NCBI GenBank assembly: GCA_977020255.1
Contig: CDROCS010006097.1
Location: forward strand, 1-64,000
Direction of reading: 5' to 3'
Length of the DNA: 64,000 bases
DNA from: Obrimoposthia wandeli
Taxonomy: Eukaryota
Shown piece by piece: positions 30,395-39,691 of the stretch (the stretch's first letter is position 1; every line of letters starts with the position of its first letter). A program made the position numbers and the translations under genes. The notes beneath the pieces are model-generated. The model had not been told where the DNA came from. It worked only from the letters and a program-made list of their open reading frames with translations, and ran no database searches.

Positions 30395-32545
30395 TCAACC
30401 ACGCTTGAAGCTGTGGTATTTTTCTACCCATCTAAGTAGCTTTTCAGGCGAGTGTGCCTTCTTCCAATTACCTGCAGCGTACTTGTTAGCTTCGGCCATG
30501 GTGGGGTAAGTGTGAATAGTGCCAAGAATTTTATTCAAGCCTAAGTTGTACTTCATTGCTAAGACGAATTCAGTTAAAAGCTCACCTGCGTGTAATCCTA
30601 CAATGGTTGCTCCCAGAATTTTATCTTTACCTGGCACGGTGAGTACTTTAACGAACCCTTGTGTCGCGCTTTCAGCGATAGCGCGATCAAGATCGTCCAA
30701 CGGGTAGCGAGTTACTTCATAGGGAATACTTTGTTCAATGGCTTCCTGCTCGTTCAGGCCGACTCGAGCAATTTCAGGATCAGTAAAGGTTGTCCAAGGA
30801 ATAACTGAATAATCGACTTTAAAGCGTTTAAAATCACCAAATAGTGCATTCACACTGGCATACCAAGCTTGATGTGCCGCTGTATGGGTGAACTGGAAGG
30901 GACCAGCGACATCACCCGCAGCGTAGATGTTTGGATAGATGGTTTGCAAGTACTCATTAGTAATAACAGTGCGTTCAGTATCTACACCTAAAGTTTCTAA
31001 ACCATACCCACTCAAACGGGCAACACGGCCGACTGCGCAAATAAGTTCATCATACTCAATCGCCACTTCTTTACCATCGTGCTCGGCGATAAGAAACTTC
31101 TTAGAATCTCGTTTTTCACAGCGCAATGCTTTATGTGCGGTGAGTACATTAACGCCACTTTGAGTTAATGCCGTTGTCGTTACTTCAGAGACCTCTTCAT
31201 CTTCACGAATCATGATACGCTCAAGCATTTCAACTTGAGAAACGTGGGCGCCTAATCGAGCAAAGCTCTGGGCCAACTCGCAGCCTATTGGCCCTCCGCC
31301 AAGTAACACTATTTTTTGTGGTATTTCTTCACGCTTTGCCATCTCGTGCCACAGCGTATCACTGGTCAAATAGCCTGTTTCTTCTATGCCCGGAATAGGG
31401 GGGATAAAAGGTTGGGCACCGGCGGCGATGATTATTGATTGCGCAGTTAACGTTTTTATCTCGCCTTGATTAGTGGTGATTTGCACTGTCCAAGGGTCAA
31501 TGATTTTGGCATAGCCGGGTACAACATCTACACCGAGATTCGTGTAGCGCTCAACACTGTCGTGAGGCTCTATCTGACGAATAACATCATCGATACGTGC
31601 CATCACCTTTTTAAAGCTAAATTTAACTTCGCCAGGTGTTAGGCCATAGTGATCAGCGTGGCGAATTTGATCGGCAATTTTGGCGCTTTTAATCAGCGCC
31701 TTGCTGGGAACGCAACCATAGTTAAGACAGTCACCGCCCATTTTATGTGCTTCAACTAATGTGATTTTCGCTTTAACAGCGGCGCCTATATAAGCGCTAA
31801 CCAGACCTGCTGCACCACCACCAATAACAATGATGTTGCGGTCAAAAGATTTAGGTTTCGTCCATTTGGCATAGACTTTACGTTTTTGCACTTGAGCGAC
31901 AATCTTTTTACCGATAAGCGGAAAGACGCCTAAAAGTATGAAAGAGAACAGTAAACCAGGGGAAAGAATACCTGAGAGGCTGTCTATTTGGATGAGCTGT
32001 GTACCGGCGTTAACAAAAACAATGGTTCCGGCTAACATTCCCAACTGACTTACCCAATAAAAAGTAACAGTGCGAATGGGGGTTAGCCCCATTAACAAGT
32101 TGATCATGAAAAAAGGAAATAGTGGTACGAGGCGCAAGGTAAATAAGTAAAAAGCACCTTCGCGAGCAATACCTTGGTTGATTGCCTGTAATTTATTGCC
32201 AAAGCGCGCTTGAGCGCTCTCACGAAGTAAAAAGCGGGTGACTAAAAACGCCAGTGTCGCGCCGATACTTGAGGCAAATGATACTAGCAGGGTTCCCCAA
32301 AAGAGACCGAAAAAAGCGCCTGCGGCCAATGTTAATACGACCGCTCCAGGTAGTGACAGAGCAGTCACTAATATGTAAATAAAGAAAAAACCCCCAGCCA
32401 GCAGAATAGGTTGCTCTGTTTGTAGTTGCGAAAAATGCTGTTGGCTCTGTTTGATCCCCTCTAAAGTGAGATATTGATCTAAGCCAAGCTGATAAAACAT
32501 GACAGCCGCAATGATGACTGCAGCAATGATTGAGAGCTTTTTCAT
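30395..32545 (-). CDS. DedA/VTT membrane domain fused to a class-I pyridine nucleotide-disulfide oxidoreductase
   Basis: N-terminal SLPGA..LRLVPLFPF (VTT); GGGAAG, GGDCLNYGCVPSK, GGGPIG, HTYPTMAE. Confidence 0.9.
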   Translation of the reverse strand: MKKLSIIAAVIIAAVMFYQLGLDQYLTLEGIKQSQQHFSQLQTEQPILLAGGFFFIYILVTALSLPGAVVLTLAAGAFFGLFWGTLLVSFASSIGATLAFLVTRFLLRESAQARFGNKLQAINQGIAREGAFYLFTLRLVPLFPFFMINLLMGLTPIRTVTFYWVSQLGMLAGTIVFVNAGTQLIQIDSLSGILSPGLLFSFILLGVFPLIGKKIVAQVQKRKVYAKWTKPKSFDRNIIVIGGGAAGLVSAYIGAAVKAKITLVEAHKMGGDCLNYGCVPSKALIKSAKIADQIRHADHYGLTPGEVKFSFKKVMARIDDVIRQIEPHDSVERYTNLGVDVVPGYAKIIDPWTVQITTNQGEIKTLTAQSIIIAAGAQPFIPPIPGIEETGYLTSDTLWHEMAKREEIPQKIVLLGGGPIGCELAQSFARLGAHVSQVEMLERIMIREDEEVSEVTTTALTQSGVNVLTAHKALRCEKRDSKKFLIAEHDGKEVAIEYDELICAVGRVARLSGYGLETLGVDTERTVITNEYLQTIYPNIYAAGDVAGPFQFTHTAAHQAWYASVNALFGDFKRFKVDYSVIPWTTFTDPEIARVGLNEQEAIEQSIPYEVTRYPLDDLDRAIAESATQGFVKVLTVPGKDKILGATIVGLHAGELLTEFVLAMKYNLGLNKILGTIHTYPTMAEANKYAAGNWKKAHSPEKLLRWVEKYHSFKRG

Positions 32546-32606
32546 TGTGATCCACATGATTGTTGAGAAATGAAAGACTACCTAGGGGCTAAGTAGTCTT
32601 GAAGTG

Positions 32607-33095
32607 TTAAATATGCTTTTTGTTCAGTACAGCGAGGATAAGGCCTAAGACAAAAATAGAAACGGCTGCAGCGAAAAGAGAACCGCCATCGCTTTTTCCT
32701 TCGTGTAATACTTGAACCCCAAGAGGCGTGAATAAATGGAAGAACGCAGCACCAGCCATAATAGCCGAAGAGACTAGGCCGCCAAGCGTAAAGAAAATTG
32801 CAGGATTTGGTGTGCGTTTTAAAATGCCGGTAGCACTGAGTACAACGCTAAGTAAGGCGGTGATCAAAATAGCGGAGGCTATTATTTCTGCACTGCCAAC
32901 AACGACTGCACCGTATTGAGTGAATAGCTCGCCCAAGCCAGTTGAAATAGTCTCTGACATCCACTGACCAATAGTGCTAAAAATATGTTGAGTATCCGGG
33001 TGGTTACTAAATTTATAAGGGATTGAACTGAGGAAAACCTTACTGATCCACAGGGTAATGATAACGCTTATAATACGGGTAATCTTTAACGACAT
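32607..33095 (-). CDS. DoxX-like membrane protein
   Basis: 4 TM segments; FLSSIPYKF, GSAEI, GAAFFHLFTPLG pattern. Confidence 0.6.
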   Translation of the reverse strand: MSLKITRIISVIITLWISKVFLSSIPYKFSNHPDTQHIFSTIGQWMSETISTGLGELFTQYGAVVVGSAEIIASAILITALLSVVLSATGILKRTPNPAIFFTLGGLVSSAIMAGAAFFHLFTPLGVQVLHEGKSDGGSLFAAAVSIFVLGLILAVLNKKHI

Positions 33096-33291
33096 AGCTA
33101 AATTCTCTTGGGCTAAATATATTTATGATAGATATTGGTCACTCAAACCTACAGCTTAAGCTGAACCAGTAGCTAGAACATTATTAGTAACTATAACAGA
33201 TACGCAGTGAAATCTGTTGTAGATTCAAATAGCTTAGATCAATGCTGCAATAATTTTTAGTGGTATCCATCTTAATTAATGAAAACCCTTT

Positions 33292-33783
33292 TTAAGGGAC
33301 CTTGTAGTAGTTGAGTGGTACGGCAGTGCTGTCGACAATTTTTCGCATAATGAAGGCAGACTTAACCCCGCTGACCCCTTTTATGCAGGTTATTTTTCCC
33401 AGTAATATATCGTGATACCTATCCATATCCGGTACGGCTACTTTGAGTTGGTAGTCGGCGTCGTGTCCTGTAATGAGATAGCATTCCATGACTTCCGGAA
33501 AAGTTTGAATAACACGTTCGAACTCAGCAAACCGCTCTGGTATATGTTTGTCCATGCTGATGTGTAATATGGCATACAGCGTTAACCCCAGTGCGCGTCC
33601 ATCTACCCGCACGACTCTGTCTTTAATAACCCCTAAGTCTTCTAAGTTTTTAATGCGTCGTGAACAAGGCGCGGCGGTAAGTCCAACGCGTTCTGCAAGT
33701 GCTTGATTGGACAAGCCCCCGTCGTTTTGTAATTCACGCAATATCTTTAGATCAAAACGGTCAATGTTGAGATTTTTTTCCAT
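33292..33783 (-). CDS. Lrp/AsnC family regulator
   Basis: IDRFDLKILRELQNDGGLSNQALAERVGLTAAPCSRRIK; EVMECYLITG..DY; divergent from leuA. Confidence 0.92.
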   Translation of the reverse strand: MEKNLNIDRFDLKILRELQNDGGLSNQALAERVGLTAAPCSRRIKNLEDLGVIKDRVVRVDGRALGLTLYAILHISMDKHIPERFAEFERVIQTFPEVMECYLITGHDADYQLKVAVPDMDRYHDILLGKITCIKGVSGVKSAFIMRKIVDSTAVPLNYYKVP

Positions 33784-34094
33784 AACTAAGGCTACTTCCG
33801 CAATAATAAATAAGCTTAAGGGCAATGTACTTTACTAAATTTGCGCAGAAATGCAAAATAAACAATAAATCGCTGGGATATTGCGCGGTATATTTTTTAT
33901 AATAGAGTTACTCGAGATTACTCCTCTCAAGTACGGTACCAAGGTGTGATACTATCCGATTCACACCAAAACTAGGGCTACCCGCCTCATGTTTGTAAAG
34001 GTACTTGTCTATCAGACAAAGACGCAGTTAAGGTGCACTAAGTCATGTACCAACTGCGTTATTCACTTTCACTTCTAATCCTTTAGGCAGCAAT

Positions 34095-35756
34095 ATGTTT
34101 GATCATCGTAAATATAAAGTGTTTGAAACCGTTAAATTAAAAGATCGTACTTGGCCAGATAAGCAACTAACAAAAGCGCCGGATTGGTGCAGTGTTGATT
34201 TGCGTGACGGTAACCAAGCGCTGGTCAATCCGATGAATGTCGAACAAAAAACAAAAATGTTTAAATTGCTGCTCAAACTTGGATTTAAGGAAATAGAAGT
34301 AGGTTTTCCATCGGCGTCTAAACCTGACTTTGATTTCGTACGTAAATTGATTGAAGAAGATTTAATCCCTGCAGATGTTACTATCCAAGTATTAACTCAA
34401 GCACGTGAAGATTTAATATCCAGAAGCTATGAAAGCCTTGTGGGCGTTAAACAAGCCGTTGTACATGTTTATAACTCCACCTCTGTCGTGCAACGTGAGC
34501 AAGTGTTCGAGAAAGATAAGGATCAAATCAAAGCGATTGCTGTGCAAGGAGCAAAATGGGTCAAAGAATATGCGGCTAAATACCCACAAACGCAGTGGCA
34601 CTTTCAATATTCTCCCGAGAGTTTTACGGGAACTGAAACCGATTATGCTATTGAAGTATGCGATGCCGTTATAGAACAGTGGGCACCGCAACATGGTCAG
34701 CCAGTCATTATTAATTTACCGTCCACGGTTGAGATGAGCAGCCCTAATGTGTTTGCTGATCAAATAGAGTATTTCTGTCGTCACTTAGCTAAGCGCGAGT
34801 TAATACGTATTTCTTTACATACACACAACGATCGCGGGTGTGCTGTTGCCGCCGCTGAGCTGGGTGTCATGGCAGGAGCTGATCGGATAGAGGGCACGTT
34901 GATGGGTAACGGTGAACGTACCGGTAACATGGATATTGTCACAATGGCAATGAACTTGTACTCCCAAGGTATCGACCCTGAATTAGATTTATCCAATATT
35001 ATCGACATCATCGAGACAGTCGAATATTGTAATGAATTACCCGTACCAGCGCGGCACCCTTGGGCTGGTGAATTGGTGTATACCGCTTTTTCTGGTAGTC
35101 ATCAGGATGCTATTCGAAAATCCGTTAATTATCATGACCGTCATAACTTAACGCAATGGGATGTTGCCTATTTACCTATTGATCCTCGTGATATTGGTCG
35201 CGAATACGAAGCGGTTATTCGGATTAACAGCCAAAGCGGCAAAGGAGGAGTTGCACTCGTACTCGAGCGCGATTTTGCAATAGAATTACCGAAATGGATG
35301 CACGCGCCAGTTAGCCAATTAGTGCAAAAAGAGGCAGAAGAGCAGGCGGTTGAAGTATCAGCACAGAATATCAAAGCGATATTCGATAATAACTTTGTCA
35401 CTACCGATAATCATTGGGCGCTACAGCAATACGATATACATACCCAAGATCATCAAATACGTGCGCAGTTCACTATCGGTAATCGCCAATATAGCGGTAA
35501 CGGTGCCGGCGCGCTCGAAGCGTTGTGTGATGCATTAGGTACACAGTATCAGTGTGAAATAGAAGTGCTTAATTACGATCAGCGTGCGATAGACCAAGGT
35601 ACTAACGCTCAAGCACGAGCATGTATTCAAGTAAAAGTGGGGAGTGAAATTATTTGTGCAACAGCACAAGATGAAGATACAACTCATGCAACTTTACAGG
35701 CTCTACTAACGGCAATTAGTCGCTGTAGCGCAGTGACAATCCAAAGCGTTGCTTAG
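34095..35756 (+). CDS. leuA: 2-isopropylmalate synthase
   Basis: CSVDLRDGNQAL, EIEVGFP, SLHTHNDRG, GNGERTGN, FSGSHQDAI, IRINSQSGKGG; C-terminal regulatory domain. Confidence 0.95.
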   Translation: MFDHRKYKVFETVKLKDRTWPDKQLTKAPDWCSVDLRDGNQALVNPMNVEQKTKMFKLLLKLGFKEIEVGFPSASKPDFDFVRKLIEEDLIPADVTIQVLTQAREDLISRSYESLVGVKQAVVHVYNSTSVVQREQVFEKDKDQIKAIAVQGAKWVKEYAAKYPQTQWHFQYSPESFTGTETDYAIEVCDAVIEQWAPQHGQPVIINLPSTVEMSSPNVFADQIEYFCRHLAKRELIRISLHTHNDRGCAVAAAELGVMAGADRIEGTLMGNGERTGNMDIVTMAMNLYSQGIDPELDLSNIIDIIETVEYCNELPVPARHPWAGELVYTAFSGSHQDAIRKSVNYHDRHNLTQWDVAYLPIDPRDIGREYEAVIRINSQSGKGGVALVLERDFAIELPKWMHAPVSQLVQKEAEEQAVEVSAQNIKAIFDNNFVTTDNHWALQQYDIHTQDHQIRAQFTIGNRQYSGNGAGALEALCDALGTQYQCEIEVLNYDQRAIDQGTNAQARACIQVKVGSEIICATAQDEDTTHATLQALLTAISRCSAVTIQSVA

Positions 35757-35789
35757 ATTTAGCATATGGCGAGTGCACACTCGCCATTT

Positions 35790-36014
35790 TTAATCAGCTG
35801 AGCGATAGGTTGCTGCCATTAAGATGCAAATCAAATGCGCGACTCCGCCAACGACTGCTGGAAAGATCAAAAACCAAAACCAATAATTGACAGTGATAAA
35901 GATAAAAAAGAACGCCGCTAGTAATAACCTACCTTGAATTAACTGTCCTAAGCCTGGGATAAATAGATTACATAATGCGGCAATGACGTTGCCTGTACTT
36001 CCTTGAGATGCCAT
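35790..36014 (-). CDS. Small membrane protein
   Basis: GNVIAALCNLFIPGLGQLIQGR pattern, 74 aa. Confidence 0.6.
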   Translation of the reverse strand: MASQGSTGNVIAALCNLFIPGLGQLIQGRLLLAAFFFIFITVNYWFWFLIFPAVVGGVAHLICILMAATYRSAD

Positions 36015-36509
36015 TTACACGATTCCTGATGCTAAAAACTGCAGTCTGCGTGAGTTTATGCTGTTTTGCAAATTTCAAAAGATGCGAAAGATAACAGTTA
36101 TTTCCATCACTACTGCCCATTAATCGTCATCTGACACAGACCCCTGAGAGCGCGTTCATTAGCCGAAAGTGGTGTTTTATTGTTCGAAAAAGATAAGATT
36201 TGATGTTACGCCTAAATCAAGCGGTTTTTGTGTCAGGTCCCACAAATAGTGAAACCGTCCGCAATTTACAAGATGACTCTGTGTTAGCAGTGGCAGCTAA
36301 CGGCCAAGCGGACGTTCCTTGATGTGAAAAATATAGGGGTCTTCTGTATTGAGGCACAGTGAATTACAAAGCAGCTAATTCCTTGTTTTATAAGCTAGTT
36401 TCTAGCGGCACGTTTCACCGTAAAGTGATACTTTCGAACTCATTTTAATTCGGTTGCTTATCGATGTTTTCGTGTTTGATAGTGGGTGGTGGTTCGGAAA
36501 AATGAGACG

Positions 36510-36629
36510 CCGCATATGATTAAAGTAGATAAACTGTTTTATCCAAGCGATATAGATTTTCAGTGCGTAAACTGTGTTGTAGCACGCTTAAAAAACGGCT
36601 AATTTTATTGGGAAGGGACTTGAAGCCAT
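36510..36629 (-). pseudogene. intI: 5' relic of integron integrase
   Basis: Minus strand from ATG 36629, across frames: MASSPF.. / HSLRTE / YIAWIKQFIYFNHMR, the IntI N-terminal pattern (SPFL..YSLRTE..Y..WI..FI.F..RHP); frameshifts, a stop, no catalytic domain. Confidence 0.75.
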
Positions 36630-36651
36630 CACTAGCTCTTTTTATCGAAAG

Positions 36652-36667
36652 CTGTATAAATATACGT
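36652..36667. promoter_or_regulatory. Degenerate LexA (SOS) box of the intI promoter
   Basis: CTG-TATAAATATA-CGT; one base from CTG-N10-CAG; about 23 bp upstream of the intI ATG. Confidence 0.5.
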
Positions 36668-36879
36668 ATATCAAAAAATAGCCAGTTTTCTTAATTCAGG
36701 TTTGATTTTCAATGGCGCGTTTTACAACAAAGTGATATGTTTGAATTTCTTATAATTCAGTCATTTACGGACGCTTTTAGGGTTGATAGTGCGCTGATTA
36801 TTTTGTAGAAAACGAGACGTCTCGAAAAGAACATACACTATTTTAAAAATACCTTATAAACCAAGTGTTTATTAGATAT

Positions 36880-36934
36880 TAAAGTAGATATCAAATGAGC
36901 GTAAATGAGACGTCGCACAATTAAGCTGTTAGGT
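36880..36934 (+). other. Putative attI site
   Basis: GTTAGGT core at 36928-36934 opens cassette 1 and has no upstream attC; lies between intI promoter and array; left boundary approximate. Confidence 0.55.
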
Positions 36935-36941
36935 TATTTCT

Positions 36942-37242
36942 ATGAGTAAATTTTTTGCTGAAGCAATGATACAACTTTTTAATAATGGGCTTACACTGCA
37001 TGATTTTTACATTGTTGGCGAAGTAATTTGTTGTTCAAACAGTAATTTCCCATCAGAACTAGAGGGCTTAGATAGGGGCGTATAAGATGTCTGGAAGAAT
37101 GTGAAAATACTTGTATGATTTTGAGTCTTCATAAATAGCGCCATGCTTTTAAATCGGGCTAATTTTGAATCTAACAATGGTGATCCCGATTTTGGTTCTG
37201 AGAAATGGAAATTAAATGATTGTGTCAATGGCACCAGCCTAA
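36942..37242 (+). pseudogene. Cassette 1: decayed ORF of unknown function
   Basis: ATG 36942 stops at 37085; further fragments end at a TAA inside R'' of attC1. Confidence 0.4.
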
Positions 37243-37356
37243 CAAGTCTGTGCACAGGAACAACAAAGCTACGTTTTGTAATTAATGCACTACGCTATAG
37301 CTTCGCTAACATAAATTACAACTTCGCTTTCCTGTTTTGTGACAGAGGCGTTAAGT
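37237..37356 (+). repeat. attC1 (120 bp)
   Basis: R'' GCCTAAC ... R' GTTAAGT; CTGTGCACAG / TGTGACAG boxes; long central arm. Confidence 0.8.
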
Positions 37357-37366
37357 TTCAAAAGTA

Positions 37367-37708
37367 ATGAATATGAATAAACCGTTTTACGTATACGTTG
37401 ATGTAGATGAAACCTTCGTGAGGAGTGCAGACTAAGCGTATTCCTATGACCTCCGGTTATAGCGCTATCAAAAGAGCTTAGAACAAAGGTGCCATAATGT
37501 ATTGTTGGGTTCTGGTGGCGCTGACTACGCGGAAGCAAGTGCTAAGGAATTTGGGATCGCTTACTGCTTTGTTGGTTTTCTTCCTAAACCTGTAGTTACG
37601 ATCGATGATATGGATTTTTCTCAATGGCGTAATCTGCTTCAAGTTCACCCAAACGAGTGCCCCGGAAATACCGTAGATACGTATCGGGAGAAAATAGTTG
37701 AGCAGTAG
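37367..37708 (+). pseudogene. Cassette 2: frameshifted HAD-superfamily hydrolase-like gene
   Basis: Three-frame mosaic: YVDVDETF (motif I) / TKRIPM..MYCW / SGGADYA..FLPKP..TIDD. Confidence 0.65.
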
Positions 37709-37714
37709 CCTTTA

Positions 37715-37795
37715 ACTGAACAAGGCTAAGCACGTACGCACGCTACGCGTGCTGGACTCACAACAAGTTGCTCGCTCGTGTTGGCGGCGTTATAT
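37715..37795 (+). repeat. attC2 (81 bp, R'' mutated)
   Basis: ACTGAAC ... GCTAAGCAC / GTGTTGGC ... GTTATAT. Confidence 0.7.
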
Positions 37796-37815
37796 TTTTC
37801 GGAGAGTATCGCATC

Positions 37816-38370
37816 ATGGATGAGTTCAATAGGTATCTTGCTGAAGCCATAAGAATTCGAAGAAGCATTCAAGTTTATAGTGAACTGTTCGACTCTAGGG
37901 AAGCTATAGACGTTCTCATTAGTAAGTCTCTTGAATTCTCTGCAATATTAAAAAGATCTATGCATGATGAAATCTTAATTTCGTTATCCAGACTATTTGA
38001 TACAGATGGATATAAATATAAGAGCGAATTATTCGAATATCTTTCCCAAAGAAATTTAGTTATTAAGCATGAAGATCTTCTTGATGATAAATTAAAAGTG
38101 CTTCGTAAGAGAACTGCTGAATTGTGGGGTGATATAGAAATTAAAGAATACAGAGATTTTAAGCTAGCCCATAATGACAAGTCTGTTCTTTGTGGCTTAA
38201 GAGAAAGCTTGAGTCATAATGTTAGTTTTAATTCAGCGCGAGAATTGGTAGAAACATCCATACAACTTGTCTTGGGTATTATGACTAAAACAGGACAAAG
38301 TAGTATCTCTGTTAATTTAAACGAAAAATATGAAGATATTGGACGTAAATTTATAGAATCAATTAAATGA
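37816..38370 (+). CDS. Cassette 3: HEPN-domain protein, AbiU2-like
   Basis: ILISLSRLFD helix and RDFKLAHND (R-x5-H HEPN motif); GGAG RBS. Confidence 0.62.
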   Translation: MDEFNRYLAEAIRIRRSIQVYSELFDSREAIDVLISKSLEFSAILKRSMHDEILISLSRLFDTDGYKYKSELFEYLSQRNLVIKHEDLLDDKLKVLRKRTAELWGDIEIKEYRDFKLAHNDKSVLCGLRESLSHNVSFNSARELVETSIQLVLGIMTKTGQSSISVNLNEKYEDIGRKFIESIK

Positions 38371-38374
38371 AAAA

Positions 38375-38449
38375 ATATAACAAGTTGCAGCACTTCAGCC
38401 CCTGCGGGGCTCGGACGCGTTTCACGCGCCCGTGTGCAAAGCGTTAGCT
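38375..38449 (+). repeat. attC3 (75 bp)
   Basis: ATATAAC..TTGCAGCAC / GTGTGCAA..GTTAGCT; internal hairpins. Confidence 0.88.
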
Positions 38450-38482
38450 CTACTAGTCACGAAGAAGAACGGAGCCTGATTT

Positions 38483-38866
38483 TTGTCTGAGAGTGAAATG
38501 TATACTGGCTACAAAGTTTGTGAAAAGCTGGAGTCCAATGAGAAATGTTTTCGCCTTCACGAATATCGAGAAGGAGAGTTCTACGATTTATTTCATGAGC
38601 ATGTGCCGAAGCACAGAATAAGCACTGATAATGCAGTAAATTTCATGAAAGCATTGGTTGTTCGGCACTCTGCGCTAGGCGACCCCGAAATACTTCGTAC
38701 TTATCTTAACAAACGAGGTGAAAAGCCTATCGCTATCGAGCTTGGTCAAATCTTAACTGAATATCCTGAGTCAGGAGTAATTAGGAAGTACTTTTCAAGT
38801 GGGAATACCATTGCGTGGTTCGATGAGGTTATTTCTAAATCAGCATTCAGAACAACATGTGAATAA
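38483..38866 (+). CDS. Cassette 4: hypothetical protein
   Basis: 127-aa ORF filling the space between attC3 and attC4; GGAG RBS. Confidence 0.7.
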   Translation: MSESEMYTGYKVCEKLESNEKCFRLHEYREGEFYDLFHEHVPKHRISTDNAVNFMKALVVRHSALGDPEILRTYLNKRGEKPIAIELGQILTEYPESGVIRKYFSSGNTIAWFDEVISKSAFRTTCE

Positions 38867-38874
38867 AATTAAAG

Positions 38875-38950
38875 GGCTAACAAGTTTAGGCACAGCGAAT
38901 TGTCTCTGCTGCTTCGCAGCTCCACCAATTGCGTGCTAAAGGCGTTAGGC
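38875..38950 (+). repeat. attC4 (76 bp)
   Basis: GGCTAAC..TTTAGGCAC / GTGCTAAA..GTTAGGC. Confidence 0.88.
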
Positions 38951-38955
38951 AAACT

Positions 38956-39600
38956 ATGTCAGCTGAAGATTGGTACCGTTTAAAGAATTGGAGCGCCGAA
39001 AACCAAAAAGCGTTTTTGGCACGGCTAAATCGCTCTCGATCCGAGTTTCACAAGGCTCAATACTTGAGGATTCAAGCATATGAGCTTGTAAATGACATAT
39101 CGAAGCCCGATTATAAAACAGCACTATTTTTACTCGAGCATCTTTTGACCGAGTTTCCCTGTGAGTCAGAATTGTCTTGTGCTCTGATGCAGCAAGGAGA
39201 GTGCTACATGGCAACAGGAAAAAACGAACTTGCATTGAGTTCGCTTGGAAAAGCTCTTAGGGCTAGGCGAAGCTACCCGAATAGCAACAACTCGTCACAT
39301 CAATTGTATGCAGAGTTAGTATTACAAATGAAATTGGACTCTAGATATTTGGATGCTCTATCTGTAATAGATGAGTTTTTGTCATCTGAACCATTTCCTA
39401 TAATGAGATACAAAACTGCTAGAGCGAGATCGTTGCTTCATGATCGGATTGGTAATAGCACTGAGGCTAAAAAATTTGCTATGGAGGCCATTTGTGCAGC
39501 AAATGCAGACGAGTCCCCATTTAAATATCATAAGAAGCTAGGGCTAGTTCATACCCCGGATTCAAGGATGCATAAAAGATTGGTTGAGCTATGTCGTTAG
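38956..39600 (+). CDS. Cassette 5: helical-repeat (TPR-like) hypothetical protein
   Basis: Amphipathic Ala/Leu helices with TPR-like spacing (ALMQQGECY..GKNELALSSLGKAL); ATG just after R'. Confidence 0.7.
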   Translation: MSAEDWYRLKNWSAENQKAFLARLNRSRSEFHKAQYLRIQAYELVNDISKPDYKTALFLLEHLLTEFPCESELSCALMQQGECYMATGKNELALSSLGKALRARRSYPNSNNSSHQLYAELVLQMKLDSRYLDALSVIDEFLSSEPFPIMRYKTARARSLLHDRIGNSTEAKKFAMEAICAANADESPFKYHKKLGLVHTPDSRMHKRLVELCR

Positions 39601-39607
39601 TATTATT

Positions 39608-39679
39608 GCCTAACAAATTAAAGCAGCAAGGGCCTTCGGCCGGGACGCGTTTCACGCGCCCCTGTTTAAAGCGTTATGT
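39608..39679 (+). repeat. attC5 (72 bp)
   Basis: GCCTAAC..TTAAAGCAG / CTGTTTAA..GTTATGT. Confidence 0.88.
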
Positions 39680-39691
39680 GAATCGAAAGTC

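Noticed and set aside
30395-32545. Mercuric reductase (MerA) call
   Set aside because: No C-terminal Cys-Cys pair, no HMA domain and no mer genes nearby.
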